A stretch of DNA of 64,000 bases from Eledone cirrhosa. Lineage: Eukaryota. Numbering within the stretch: the first letter of the stretch is position 1; the number at the start of each line of letters is the position of its first letter. Below are positions 26,816 to 40,810 of this stretch, piece after piece. The notes under the pieces are model-generated. The model ran no database searches and had not been told where the DNA came from. It worked only from the letters and a program-made list of their open reading frames with translations. The stretch lies in NCBI GenBank assembly GCA_964016885.1, contig OZ024742.1:300080001-300144000 (forward strand). Reading direction: 5' to 3'. Made by a program: the position numbers and the translations under genes.

Positions 26816-27182
26816 ATTATGTCACTATTGTAACTAATTATACTTAACTCGTCCTATGGACTAAGTGCTCTTACCCTTGGATATTTCTACCAAACTTGTA
26901 CTGCAGTAAATATATACATGGTGACCACAAAAACACTCCGAGCTTGATCATTGCATTGATGTTTGCCGAGCAACAAAAAATGGCACTCATCGAGTGTCTA
27001 TAATATCAACCAATACCACATGGAGCTTTGTTAGTTTATGCAACTGTAGCTACCAATATTGTAAGAATATTCATTTAAATGTTCATATTATAAGTATTTG
27101 AAAGTAAATAGTGTTTTTTGTGATCACCTTGTATGTATGTATGTATGTATGTATGTATGTATGTATGTATGTATGTATTATA

Positions 27183-27793
27183 TGTCAGGTCACCAGTTGG
27201 TGCTACTGGTAACATGTATCCCAGTACAACCTGTCTCATGGTCGGGCCGTTGGCGACTAAACTGGCCACCCCACCAAGGTTTCTCGGTGAGGAGGGTGAC
27301 TTTGGACATCCTGCAGGACTAAAAACAAAACCGGTCAAAAGGGCAAAGGAGCTCTTAAGAGTCAATGGCCATCCAAAATCACCGGGAGAGATGACCCCTT
27401 AGCCTTTGTCAAGGCAGAATTCTAGGAGAAGGAAAACTCTGATATAACACCTGCAACCCTGATGGTATCCAATGATGTTGACTTGTTCTTCTTTTTGGTA
27501 AATATCATCTTGGTTAATAGAGTGGGACTGGGTTTGTGCAGTGCCTTTGCTCACTATAAAAGCTTCACGGCACAGGCATTGCTTTATATCTGGAGATCTC
27601 TCTGCACTTGTCGTCACATGGTACCATGGGCCCAGCACTATGTGTCAATAATTGTCACAAGTGTAGTGTTTGTACCAGAGTTTTCAAGTCGCTGGCTGGA
27701 CTAAAAAGTCACACTCGTTCAGCGCATCGGTAGGAGTTCTCCTACATGGATATAAAGTAGTGGCCGTACTCGAAAACGAGTTGGCAGCCACCA
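27183..27793 (+). repeat. ~610-bp composite dispersed repeat (RTE 5'UTR-like head plus second segment)
   Basis: Near-identical inverted copy at 60160-60690. The head is related to 33953-34145 and 44034-44300, and CTAGGAGAAGGAAAACTCTGA is RTE 5'UTR-like. Confidence 0.75.
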
Positions 27794-27928
27794 TGTATGT
27801 ATGTATGTATGTATGTATGTATGTATGTATGTATGTATGTATGTATGTATGTATGTATGCATGTTCTTCTGGTTTTATAATTTCACAAATGTTTGTCAAT
27901 AAAGAGAGTGGGAGAGGGGGGAGATATG

Positions 27929-27974
<46 letters not shown>

Positions 27975-28199
27975 TTCTAACATAGTTACAAGACTCTCTC
28001 ATTGGAATTTACACATCAACTAGGTAGATATGTCTGCATGCATGCATGTGTGTGCAGGTGTGGATGTTACTGTATGTGTGGATGTGGATGTTTTGAGTTG
28101 TATGTGTGCATGTGCACATGCTTTGTATCTGTACATGTGTATATGCAGTTATTAGATGCAAAATTTTTGGAATGTTTTACATATTTTTTACTGTTCAAT

Positions 28200-28780
28200 T
28201 AATGGATTGTACTTGTAATTTCCTAACTAGTTGTGTTCTTTCTGTTTCTGTGAAGCCCAGTTAGTCAAGATTTGTATTGAGGCAGTTACTAACATATCCC
28301 AGTGCCCCAATAATCACAGGCATAAATCTGAAGGTATAATCAGGGTGGAGTATCTGTAGATTTCTCAATAGTTCTGCAAAAATATTCTCCTTTTCGCTTA
28401 TCTTTGATATTATATTAGCATCTGCTGGGCAGCTAACTTCTACTACTGTGCATGCCTTCTTTTCCCTGTCCCATGACATTATATCTGGTTTGTTATGCCT
28501 GCTCTTTATTGGGGTTTTTACTGGAACATTCCACCAGTACTCTTTCATATTATGTAGATGCATGTCTTCCACATTGCTGTAGCTTTTAATGTGTTTGTTA
28601 TCGGGGCTATCTTTTCTACGGATTGCACTGTACAGTGTTTTGGCCACTACATTATGCTTTATAGATAGATAGTACCGCGATGACATCTTTGGACAGCTGC
28701 TTATGACATGGGTGACATCTTCGATGTTAATTCTGCAGAGTTTGCACTTGTTGTCACATCTAGGTGTTTTGCCTGGCATA
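28200..28780 (-). mobile_element. R4/NeSL-type restriction-like endonuclease domain fragment
   Basis: CKLC..EDVTHVISSC zinc knuckle, KHNVVAK, KPDI and VVEVSCP (PD-(D/E)xK-type). Confidence 0.85.
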
Positions 28781-29213
28781 TATGTATGTATACTCTTACT
28801 CTTCTACCTGTTCCAGCCATCCGGCTGAAGCCATGCTGGGGCACCATATATATATATCATGATCTATAATTAACGCCACTTTAACAAAATATCAATAAAC
28901 CAGTGTTATCAGTCTCTTACAAGATGTTTTACAGGATATTTACTTAATTGACAACAATCTATAAGTTATTTACTGATAGCCTCTAATGACTATCACGGGA
29001 CTTGAGTAAATGTAAGTTGTTATCTAAAACGATCTATCTCCATAGTCACTAATATAATCCTTAGTAACACACTGTGAATTCATTAGTTTATACAATGCAC
29101 CCACTATTATTAAAACTAAATGATTAAAGTCTGACTCTTTATTTCTTAAAAGAAGTTGTGAAACGTATCAATTAAAACAAACTGCTAATACTTTTATTTG
29201 TTTTGGCGGATCC

Positions 29214-29315
29214 ATGACCTCTCCAACAAAAGTCATGGCACCACTTCAGCTAAACGATTCCGATATACCACATTTGATTAAGATCTTACATGAATACGGA
29301 GAAAAGGCGCTACTA
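29214..29315 (+). CDS. Glycine N-acyltransferase-like (GNAT) gene, coding exon 1
   Basis: ATG at 29214 reads MTSPTKVMAPLQLNDSDIPHLIKILHEYGEKALL, then a GTAAGT donor at 29316 (phase 0). It resembles the GLYAT N-terminal helix and joins exon 2 in frame. Alternative start at 29235. Confidence 0.75.
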
Positions 29316-30143
29316 GTAAGTGAGAATTTAATTTTGTTTTCTCTTCAAAATCATATTGAGTTGTATACACTATTCTGTGTATAAGGGTGGTAGGTTGGCA
29401 AAATAATTAATGAAATACTTTGTAGTATTTCATTAAGGGTCTCTACATTCTGGTTTTAAATCCTGCCAAGGTCAACTTTACCTTTCATCATTCCAGGAAT
29501 GATAAAATAATTTACCAGTAAAGTACTGGGGTTCGTATAATTGACTAATCCCTTTCAACACCAAAAATCTATAAATCATTAGACTGAATACAAAATATCT
29601 TTTTAAAATCGGAATTAATTAATGTGATTTAGATTGCATGAGCTATTAACTCACCAAACTATTCCTTGATATATATTTTACAAACGCCCATGTCTCTCTC
29701 CTTTAAACACTGGAGACGTGTGCATAGTTAGTATGAAATCTTGTGACTGGTTTACATGGCCTTTGTGCCTAGTTAAGGCAGTCGATTTGACAGGGTTGTT
29801 GAAGCAGTGGTTCCCAAACTTTTGTGCACCATGCGTCACATCAAAAATTGTTATGCCGTTCTTTGAAAACTACGATATGAAAACTGCGATGCACAACAGC
29901 AAAGTCTAAACGAATTGGTGTATAGGTGGTGCTAGATTCAGAATAACATGTGTGGAGGAGGTGAGACATGAGTTTCCGACAGTAATGTGTACCAAAAGTG
30001 TCTTAGTGTAAAAGTAATAAAGTAAAACAAAGTTTGTTCACATTAAAATCATTTTCAAATTGCGCCCCTTAGATATTTATATATATATATATAAAATAAA
30101 GTTAAATAAAAAGTCAAATGTTTAAAATTTAGCTTCGTTTATT

Positions 30144-30198
30144 ACTGCTATATATATTTCAGTGACAACCATCACTGGCTGTGACCTCTTCAGGCAGT
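30144..30198 (-). ncRNA. Hammerhead ribozyme motif
   Basis: actgc CTGAAGA ggtcacagcca-gtga-tggttgtcact GAAAT ATAT ATA gcagt, followed by AATAAA. Confidence 0.72.
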
Positions 30199-30314
30199 CC
30201 GAATTAGTGTGGTATAGACAAGTACATATGTTGTTGAGCTGTATAATTTTGTCAATACTCTGATATGCCCACTTACTGGTTGGATTGTTATTTCGCTGAG
30301 GAACTGGAATCATA

Positions 30315-30367
<53 letters not shown>

Positions 30368-30476
30368 TTTCCTCTTTCCAATATATAAAGCATGAAACTA
30401 TAAGACTTTTTGTACCTCTGTTTGTTGTCTCTTTAAACTAAGTATACACACACACAAACACACACACACATATATA

Positions 30477-30535
<59 letters not shown>

Positions 30536-30944
30536 TTTTTCTGGATTAGGCTTTCCTATTGAGGCTTTTTTAAGTAGGTTATGTTTTATGCATTTAATAA
30601 GTATTTGTAATTTAAATGATTTATTTGGGACTAAATGAGAGCGCACAGATGTCGGTTTGTTAGGCGGGATAGTGCTCTAGCTTTTAAATAATTTTATCTG
30701 TTTCATGGGAATGGGTCTGGTCGGTGTAGATTATTATGCAACAGGGTCGTAGTCGCTGCAGATAATAAATAGTTTAATGTTTATTCTAAATTGCGTAATA
30801 AGACGATAGTAACTTGAAAAAGTCTGTCTGCTCTATACTCATATTTAGAGCGGGTTTGTGGTTGGAAAATGTGGATGATGTCTGAGGTAGGGATTATATA
30901 GGATGTTTTGGTTCTAGTGTAGACATTTTATTGGCAACAGGCGA

Positions 30945-32080
30945 CACTCCGAGCGAGGTTCGGTGGCCTCGGCCTCCGATCAGCTTCGGACCTAGCTTTA
31001 TCAGCCTACCTCTCCTCTATCACCTCATGTCGTGCTCCCGTCAGCGAAGTTCTCAGCCAGACGGCCGAACCTGACCTGGCCCCTGAAGTGGAACAGGCTC
31101 TGGCCTACTGGACAGGCGAAGGCCTCTATATCCCCAGTATACCACGGTCTAACGTAACTGGGACGACCTCAATTGCAGATCCTCTGTCAGGTGGATCGAG
31201 TGTGGCTTGGACCAACACCGCTTCGCCCGCCTCCGCTGAGCTTCTCAGCCCGACAGCGGCGCGTGGCTCGATTCGGTGCCTTCCTCATCAACCGGTACCC
31301 TTCTTGATGATGAGTGCACTCGCATTAGAGTAGCCCAACGCCTTGGCATCCGCGTGTGTGAGCCACATAAATGCCGCTGCGGGGCCGCTGTTGACAAGTT
31401 CGGCCTGCACCCTGTTTTGCCGCCAGAGCGCAGGCCAGTTCCCCCGATATGCTGCTCTCAATGACATATTGAGAAGGAGAATAGATGCAGCTGGCTTTCC
31501 ATCTCAACTGGAGATGGCAAGCTCCCCGATGGAATCACCCTCCTCCCATTCGAAGGAGGTAGATCTCTCATCTGGGACGCCACCGGCTGCGACACGTTCC
31601 CCGCTCCACCTTAGTCGCTTCGACCACAAACCCCGGAATCGCAGCCCGCCTCGCAGAAGAACATAAAATAAACAAATACCAGAGTTTTTTCCGGCCGCTT
31701 CCTCTTTGCACCGGTCACCGTCCGACCTCAGGCGTACTTGGACCCTGTACTGCCGAGTTCCTCTGCAAAATCGGAGCATCGGCGGCCCGTCAGAGTTGGG
31801 TGGTTGTTGCAGTGGGTGTCATTGGCCATCGTCCGGGGGAATGCTTTTGCCGTCTTGTCAACGGGGCGCAGTACTTCTGCCCTCGACACGAAGCCTAATA
31901 ATCCCCTTTCACCCATCCCCTCTCTTCTGCGACACCAAAGCTCTTGCCATCCCTCCCCTTCCCGTTCTTTTTCTTCTTTCTTTCTCTCCTCTTTTTTTCT
32001 ATATTTATTTTCCTTTCTGTATTTCCCTATTCTTTCTTTTCTTTCCTTTTCTTTTTTATTATTTCTATATTGAAAATAGA
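30945..32080 (+). mobile_element. CRE-like non-LTR element C-terminal (RLE) fragment
   Basis: GC-rich and frameshifted. GAWLDSVPS, CRCG..HP..C, PDGITL, IWDAT and LQWVSLAIVRGNA, followed by a pyrimidine-rich 3' UTR. Confidence 0.82.
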
Positions 32081-32769
32081 CATGTATTATTATTGATATG
32101 ATAATGATATGATAGTTCCTTGATCACGCAGAAAATGAAGATATATAAATGAACCACGATGACACCAAACTGCTATATTGTTAATTTATTGAAAATAACT
32201 CACGCCGGGGCTATACTAAAAATACACAGGAATTATGTATGTTATTTGTTTGTAAAAGTAGAATTAAATTGTATTTACCAAGAAAACTTCATGAAATTCA
32301 CTGGCTTGGTTAAGAAAGAGACCAAGAGATAGAGATTGGGTGAAAGTGAGAAAGAGTCTGTAAGACCCCAAGAGGGTCTCTATTAAGAACTGATTGCCGC
32401 TTGATCTAAGACAGGCTATTTATCTGTCGCTTCTTCTGTCCCTGGTCGTCCACTCTCAGACTTGTTTACGCCCGAAAGGAGATAACCCAGAAAATGATCG
32501 TTAAATGTCACCCAGGGGCCAAGGTGTGGACAGATTTCACTACAGTGTCACGGCTCACCTTTAACAATTAGATTTGATTTGTTAACTAAATCTATATCGA
32601 GCAACTTTTAATGAATGTATTAGTTACGAGTTTGTCATTCGACGGTCTTATCTACTAGATATGTTATTTATTGTTCGACTTGTTTTAGGGGTGTACTATT
32701 TACGTATAAAGACATTCAATGATTACTTTGTGTTCGTCCCAGATGTATCTACGTTTAGATTTATTTATG

Positions 32770-33400
32770 TGACCAGAAGTACAGACTGGCTTCCACAAAA
32801 TGTTGACTCATCGAGCTGAAGTGAAAAAGGTCTTTCTCGAATATATCTGTGAAGCTGCTGTTCCACATCAATGGTCATCTCATCAATTGGTCACCGTACT
32901 ATGTCATTGATGAGCGGCATAAGCTGCACCACTGAGTCGTCTATGTGATTCATAACAGTTTGTAAAAACACAGAAATGGCTGGTTTAATTAACTGCTCAC
33001 CTATCGTATGGGGTTTTCCACACTTGGCAATCAATTTTGAAAGTTCGTAGCTCGCTATTAATGATTTATCCTGCTTTTCAGCTACCTTAGAAAAACATTG
33101 AGATAGTGTAGACTGGCAGCAAACTTTCTTTTGAAGATCTTGGAAGTATTGAAAGCAGATTTGATGACTTGTCTCCATGCTTTGCATTGAAGTGTTGTAA
33201 GAGTCGCCCAGGCCTCGTGGAGTCGTTGCGCAGTGTTTGATGACAGAGAAGACAGATAGGCAATCGAGAGTCATGAGGTGCCTCAGTGAAACCGAATTTA
33301 AAATAATCGTCGCTATATTGGCGTACTTTTTTCTTATTTGATGCTATAGGTAAGCTATTTGTCTGCAATCAGGTGTTAAATGTCTCCAATACTAAGCAGG
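32770..33400 (-). mobile_element. hAT (Buster/Charlie-type) transposase 5' fragment
   Basis: RQYSDDYFKFGF, CLLC..L.ND..RP..L..H...KH (BED-like) and IAKCGKPHTIGEQLIKPA, frameshifted. Confidence 0.88.
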
Positions 33401-33880
33401 CCAGTCGATATTCATGCGCTGCAGCCACAGGTTGACGTTACATATTGGCAGGAAATTTTCCCGACGTTACGGTCAAGGTCACACATTGTAGCTGGATATG
33501 CAGTGAGTTCAAATCCCGCCGAGGTTAACTTTGCCTTTGATTCTTATGGGGTCGATAAAATAAAGTACCAGTAATGCACTGCATGATTGCTGGCCTTGTG
33601 CCAAAAGTAGAAACAATTATTATTATAATACTCCAGATAAATTTACTTGTTGAGTGCTTCATATATGTTATGAACATAACTCTGTTCCATATCCCTCCAT
33701 CTCAACTCACCTTTTGAAAAGCAGAAGAACTGCGAAACCGGTAAAGGAACCAAATAAATATATATATTTTTTTTTAAAATAAGACTTCAGTTGCATTTTC
33801 GATTTCATCTCTTTTTCTTTATACTTTCACTCGTGGAGGACACCTCGGTTATTTTTCATTTTGTAAAAAAAAAACCTCAC

Positions 33881-33955
<75 letters not shown>

Positions 33956-35149
33956 CAGGTCGCTCTCGAGTGCTACTGGTAACATGTAACCCAGTACAAC
34001 TTGTCTCATGGTCGGGTCGTCGGCGACTAAACCGGCAACCCACCAAGCTTGCTTGGTGAGGAGGGTGATATTTGGACACCCTGCGGGGTGAAATACAAGA
34101 CCCGGCAAAAGGCGGAGGAACTCAGCAGAGTCAACGGCCACCCAAATAGTAGTTTGTTTTTTTTAGAGCTGCCATTGTATTTTCCGTAGCAAACATTTGC
34201 ACTGAAGATATGTGTCATCAGTTCCAAAAAGTGTGGTTGGTCCTACACAAACCTTCACCACTTAAAACAAACCAGTGTGTGGGTAGTTCTTTAACGAAGG
34301 GTATAAATGAAAATTAGAATGTTTATATGTTGTTATTTAGATATCTGATAATAACAAGATTGCTAAATGTAATAACAATAATATGAAGAATATAAAGAAT
34401 ATAAGAATAAATGATTTGGTTATATATAGTTTACTTCACGTGAATCAATTAAAAGGTACAATAAACAAGTTACCATAAGCTGCAAAGATTGACAATATTA
34501 TTTTGTTGTTGATGTGTAGGCTGTTGTAGTCTGTTGTTGTTGTTGGTATGAAAACAGCGAGTTACAGATAATTGTTGTCCGTGGTAGTAGTTGAGACCTT
34601 AGTTAGTAAGATATGGTTTGTATATCTCCGAATGGTCTGTAGTAACTGTGAACTACAGTGGCTTGTACATGGTATGTAGTAATAGAGGTTCCAATCTCTG
34701 TGTGCGTATTTGTAGGCCTCATGGGGTCTGTTGGTAGACCACGGGGGTCTGTTGATAGCAGTAATCCTTACATAGTTAGTTGCATATCCTATCGCTTCGG
34801 TGTCTCTTTGTGAGATGGCTTGTACATGGTCTGTATATAGCTGTCACTTCCTGTCCCCCACCTTGAGAGGACAGCCAACGAATCCACCTGTCTACACCAA
34901 AGAGAGTGTTGACCTAGGATTTAACCTTTAGGTATCATCCAAAGTTCAAGGCGCGGACAGATTTCGCTAAAGTTCAACATCAGTTCACTTTCTCACATTT
35001 AAATTTTGTTGGACACTCCTACGTCGCATATCGACGGGAGAGTCCATCATATATATATATTTACAAATTATATATATTTACAAATTATATATATTTACAA
35101 ATTATATATATTTACAAATTATATATATTTACAAATTATATATATTTAC

Positions 35150-36438
35150 AAATTAAGGATAATATACCTAAAAAATTCTTTAATATCCTAGAGAAAAACT
35201 TCCCGCCAAACCACAAATACCATCAATCAAATCTTAAATAGATCAACGGTTAAATTCTCCTACTCAACAACCAAAAACATAAAACAAAATATAAGTGACT
35301 ATAATGCATATAAATGTAAAAAAAACCATGAGTATACCACCAGTACATCAAACTAACCATATCTCCTCAGATACAGGATTCACGAAAAGTTGTAACTGTA
35401 GAAACAAGGCAAACTGTCCATTAAAAGGAAATTGCCTTGTTAATAACATAATATATAAATGTAAAGTTAACACTAAGGACTCTATTTATTCATATATAGG
35501 AGCTACCTCTAACAATTTTAAGGTAAGTTTTAATACCCACAAACATAGTTTTTAAAATGCCGCACTAGCTAATACAACATCTCTAGCTGAAATAATTAAT
35601 AGTTATAGAAAGAGGAATATAGAATATGACCTGACCTGGAGTGTGCTCAAAAGGGCCACCCCTTATCAAAATAGTAGAAATGAATGTAGATTATGTTCCC
35701 AAGAACTTTTCGAAATAATGAAATCTAAGGATATCCTATTAAATAAGCGACAGGAATTAATAATATCGTGTAATCATAAACTGAGAAAAACCTTTAAATA
35801 TTATAAACCTAATTAATATACACTTTAGAAATTAATATATAAATTATTTTTAATTTAGTTAACCTATAATTAATATTCTACTACTGATGAATTACATAAT
35901 TCTGCTTTAAATATTATAAACCTAATTAATATACACTTTAGAAATTAATATATAAACTATTTTTAATTTAGTTAACCTATAATTAATATTCTACTACTGA
36001 TGAACTACATAATTTGGCTTTCCTTCTTACAAATATCATTTCCTAAAACTGATACCATTAAGTAAACATATATAATTATTTTTAATTTAGTTAACTTATT
36101 CTACTACTGATGAACTACATAATTCTGCTTTAAATATTATAAACTTAATTAATATATAAACTATTTTTAATTTAGTTAACCTATAATTAATATTCTACTA
36201 CTGATGAACTACATAATTTGGCTTTCCTTCTTACAAATATCATTTCCTAAAACTGATACCATTAAGTAAACATATATAATGCTTTAACTTCAGGTTATGA
36301 CTCTATGTTCCTTGAAATCTATATATATTTACTATTTCCCACTAATAAATTCAATACCCCCCCCCCCCAATAATTATATGCATATATAAGTGTGTATGTG
36401 TGTGTATATATGTGTATATGTATGTATGTGTGTATGTA

Positions 36439-36469
<31 letters not shown>

Positions 36470-36644
36470 GTGTGTATATGTGTGTATGTATATGTATATA
36501 TATATGTGTGTATGTGTGTGTGCGTGTATATATGTACATGTATGTATATATATATATGTATATAGGTGTATATATGTGTGTATGTATATATATATATGTA
36601 TATATGTGTGTGTATGTGTATATGTATGTATGTATGTATGTGTG

Positions 36645-36695
<51 letters not shown>

Positions 36696-37650
36696 TTTAT
36701 ATTCTTTTAATCTCCCCTCATCTTTAACAGCACTTTTCAACTGCATCTAACTCTTATTTATCATATCTATATGTATTAGTATAATTTTATCAATATAAAT
36801 ATACCCATCAATTAAATTAATTTTATATTCTTTTCATAGATGTATTTTTTCACTAACATTCTTATCTTAAAACTTTGGTCACCTTAGATATTTGTATTGG
36901 CATTACTATTTTATAACAGCAACTGCTTGTATACCTTTTACTGACCACCTGACCTAGTTTCACCCCTAAAATAAGCTTCAATTACTACTATTTTACCATT
37001 TGGCCAATTATTAACTTTCTATTGGTTAATTCTAAACCTCTTACCAAACAGACAGAATATATTAGATCTTTGTTGGTTTTATTCAATGAACAAATAAAAT
37101 TATTTCTGAGGTCAGCATATGACCTATTTCTTCCCTAAAATAATCCTTCATTCATAATACTCTTTTCCATCCAAAACTGAAATCTACCTTCCTCTACCCA
37201 TAATTTAAGGTTCTCTTACTACTATATTACTATCTTGACCCTCACTATCTCCTGATTGGTCAATTCAAAACCTGTTCCCAAACAGACCTATTGTATTGAA
37301 TCTTTGTTCTTATCAATAAACAAATATCATTATTTCTGAAGACAGCATATATATGTGTAGGTATGTATATTCCCTCTGATAGTTTGTATAAATATCGTAC
37401 ATAGATCTATAGAATATGCATACCAACTCTAACACATATATATCCTAGAAACGATCGTAAAATGATGAATTTTTTTAATATAAGGAACTGTTTCTTTGTT
37501 TATTCATTATTTTTTTAATAATTTATCTTGACTCTGTTTTCCGTTTATTTTTCACCGAAAGTAGTTTTTGAATGCATCTTCTCTTTTCATGATATCCGGA
37601 TTACATTGAGTTCTTCATACGGATTGGACACTACCGTAAACTTTTGGTAG
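35150..37650 (+). mobile_element. Penelope-like element (Naiad-like) 3' part: GIY-YIG, UTR repeats, hammerhead
   Basis: NFPPNHKYH, CNCRNKANCPLKGNCL..IIYKC..YIG..HKHSF and CRLC. Tandem UTR repeats at 35790-36280 and 36940-37350. Hammerhead at 37327-37468. Confidence 0.82.
37327..37468 (+). ncRNA. Hammerhead ribozyme with ~105-nt extended stem II
   Basis: tcattattt CTGAAGA [atatatatgtgt/acacatatatat; ggtatgtatattc/gaatatgcatacc] GAAAC GATC GTA aaatgatga, with a 9-bp stem I. Confidence 0.78.
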
Positions 37651-37657
37651 ATTTATC

Positions 37658-37737
<80 letters not shown>

Positions 37738-37766
37738 GTTATGTAATAAACAACATAAGGTAATTA

Positions 37767-37827
37767 TTTCATTTACTAGTGGTTTCTTGAAAGCAAACAA
37801 ATTTTGCTTTCAATCATCAGAATGAAA
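37767..37827 (-). ncRNA. Hammerhead ribozyme (left arm of inverted repeat)
   Basis: tttcatt CTGATGA ttgaaagcaaa-atttg-tttgctttcaa GAAAC CACTA GTA aatgaaa. Confidence 0.8.
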
Positions 37828-38257
37828 AAATCGTGGTGTATTTATTGACATTGGATTTTAAAAACAAAAATATAATCTATATGAAAGTGAGGCTGGAAAA
37901 GGAAGAAGGAAAGGAAAAATAAACACACATGCACACACACACAAATACGTACACACGTATATATATATACATATATATATACATATATATATGTATATAT
38001 ATATATATACATATATATATACATATATATATGTATATATATATATATACATATATATATACATACATACACACATACATACATGTACAAATACACATAC
38101 ATATACATATATATACATACACACATATATATCCACATATCTATACATACACATACGCACAAATACACAAACACTTACACACACACATGTATATATATAT
38201 ATATATATATATTAGAATATAAATATTAATAAAATAGTTGTTCCTTTGATCAATTAC

Positions 38258-38310
38258 ATTTTATTATACATATTTCGGATGTACAACAGTACGTCCTCAT
38301 CAGACAAAAT
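38258..38310 (-). ncRNA. Hammerhead ribozyme motif
   Basis: attttgt CTGATGA ggacgtac-tgtt-gtacatcc GAAAT ATGT ATA ataaaat. Confidence 0.8.
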
Positions 38311-39239
38311 ATAATGATATATGACATACCCTGAGATGTTAAATGGTTAAGATTTAATCAAGGTAATGGTGAACCTAAGAGAAAATTTAACATTTATACC
38401 CTAATAATGAGAAAATGCGAAAACGTAATAAATTCAATAGAGAATGTGTGAGTAAGAAAAACGTTGCTTAATGTACCAGTTATCGAGATTTTAATATGTA
38501 TGATACTACAATTTATCTAGGAAAGCATTTCATGAATTATAACATTCAGTGAGAGAAAGGGGGTAATGTATGCAGAAGGAGATTTTTTTCAGAAAGTTAA
38601 ACGGTTAAGTTTGAAAATATTTAATTTATGTTATCTTCGCGTGAAGAATCAATATTTTAGGTGTTTTTTTTTTAAATTGGTGGTTATTTATATATTAGTT
38701 TTGTAAATTTTATAAGTGTGTTAACATTTCTAAGTTTCTGAATTTTTTTATGATAAGATTAATAAGGAAAGTTTACACTGTTGAATATTTTCCTAAATGT
38801 AATATTTAATGAAGTTAGTTATTGTCAACGTATTAGGTATATAAAGCTTTTGAAGTACTTATTGTTATAAAATTTAAATAGCGGTTATGTATATATATAT
38901 ATATATTAATTAATTAATGAGCCAGTATATTTTAGGTAAATGATAATGAAAATAAAATAAAATATAATAAAATAATAGGTTGAGGCATGTTAAAAAATAG
39001 AAAGCATGAATGGAATAGCAACATCACAACTTACAATTAAGGACAAAATGAAAACACACACACACATAGAACAAACAACCAACCAGTAACATGTAAATAA
39101 ACAAATAAATAAACAAATATAAACACACACAGACACTCGGATGTAACACATGCGCAAACTAAGCACACAACACACACAAAAACAAGATGGCGTAGGACAG
39201 AACAAAGGAGAGGCACAAAAACAAAGAAAAGAATCCCCA

Positions 39240-39282
39240 GTCACTGAAGAGGTCACAGAATGTGTGACGAAAGAACTTTGAC
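39240..39282 (+). ncRNA. Hammerhead-like motif
   Basis: gtca CTGAAGA g gtcaca-gaatg-tgtgac GAAAG AA CTT tgac. The CUU triplet is atypical. Confidence 0.6.
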
Positions 39283-39472
39283 AATATATGAACAATCGTC
39301 TGGTTGTGGAACCAACCAACCGGAAATTTATAAATTTAATTTATAATAAATTGAAGTGAAAGCAACTGGTGCGTGTGTTTCTTATTGGCAACATGACCCT
39401 CCCAAAGTATAACAATATCGGTTTCAACACACGTTTTCAGATAAAGAATCTTGCTAAACAAATTCAGAAACG

Positions 39473-39531
<59 letters not shown>

Positions 39532-40398
39532 AGAAAATACATAAATATTATATATATATATAAAAATAAAAAGGTGAAAGGGGTAAACAAATAGTTGAAC
39601 ACGGCAAATAATAAATAAATAAATAAATAAATAAATAAGGGTATAAATGTTTATAGCTGATTTAGAGCATTCAACAAGTTCCTGGAGCAAATAATCAATG
39701 AAAATAAGCATTAAATCATTCTGTATGCATATACATACACATATATACACACACACACATATCTACAAAAAGTTACGTCACCACCTTAATAAAAATACAC
39801 ACTCATATATAAAGACACACACACACATATTATATATATATATACACACACACACACAATTACAACAGATACATATAAAAATACAATTATATACACACAT
39901 ACATATACATACAGATATATATAATTATATATACATATACGTATACATACATATATATATATATATACATATATACACATATACACAACACACACACACA
40001 GAAATAAATATCTAAAAATAAAAAGGTGGGTATGTAAAGGGTAAGGTAGAAAGTAAGGGGGAATAAAGAAAATAAATGACATAGGAAAATGTTTAAATAT
40101 AAGGGGAGATAAAGGAGAAAAAAAGAATATAAGAGTACAGAAAGTGAGTTCAGAAAATAATTTAAAAAAATAAAAATCGTAGTGGACGTAAGGCGTAGAG
40201 AGCAGAGAAGTTCAAGGTGGTTGGGTCATCGTAGGATGGTGACGGCCTATATGGTCGTCTATTATATTTTTTGTGTGTGCATATATCTATATTTGTGTGC
40301 GCGTATGTATGCGTGTATATATGTGAGTATGTATGTGTGTGTATGTACGTGTGTATATATGTATGATTATGTGTGTATATGTATATATATATATATAG

Positions 40399-40460
<62 letters not shown>

Positions 40461-40749
40461 GTGTGTGTTTGTGTATTTGTGCGTATGTGTATGTATGGAT
40501 ATGTGGATATATATGTGTGTATGTATGTATATGTATATGTATGTGTATTTGTACGTGTATGTATATATATATGTATGTATATATATGTGTGTATGTATAT
40601 GCGTGTGTGTATATATGTGTGTGTGTGTGTGTGCGTGTGTGTGTGCATGTGTGTTTATTTTTCCTTTCCTTCTTCCTTTTCCAGCCTCACTTTCATATAG
40701 ATTATATTTTTGCTTTTAAAATCCAATGTCAATAAATACACCAGGATTT

Positions 40750-40810
40750 TTTCATTCTGATGATTGAAAGCAAAATTTGTTTGCTTTCAAGAAACCACTG
40801 GTAAATGAAA
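40750..40810 (+). ncRNA. Hammerhead ribozyme (right arm of inverted repeat)
   Basis: tttcatt CTGATGA 11-bp stem II GAAAC CACTG GTA aatgaaa. It has a 7-bp stem I, an ACC/GGT stem III and a GUA triplet. Confidence 0.82.

Noticed and set aside
33953-34075. Twister- or HDV-like ribozyme in the RTE-like 5' head (UAA..CC-AAGC..GAGGG)
   Set aside because: The required pseudoknot pairings could not be built consistently across the four copies, and a simple ACCAAGC/GCTTGGT hairpin explains it. It would need a covariance-model search.
35880-36215. Repeated CTGATGA as tandem hammerheads
   Set aside because: No stem II or GAAA follows. These are simple UTR tandem repeats.
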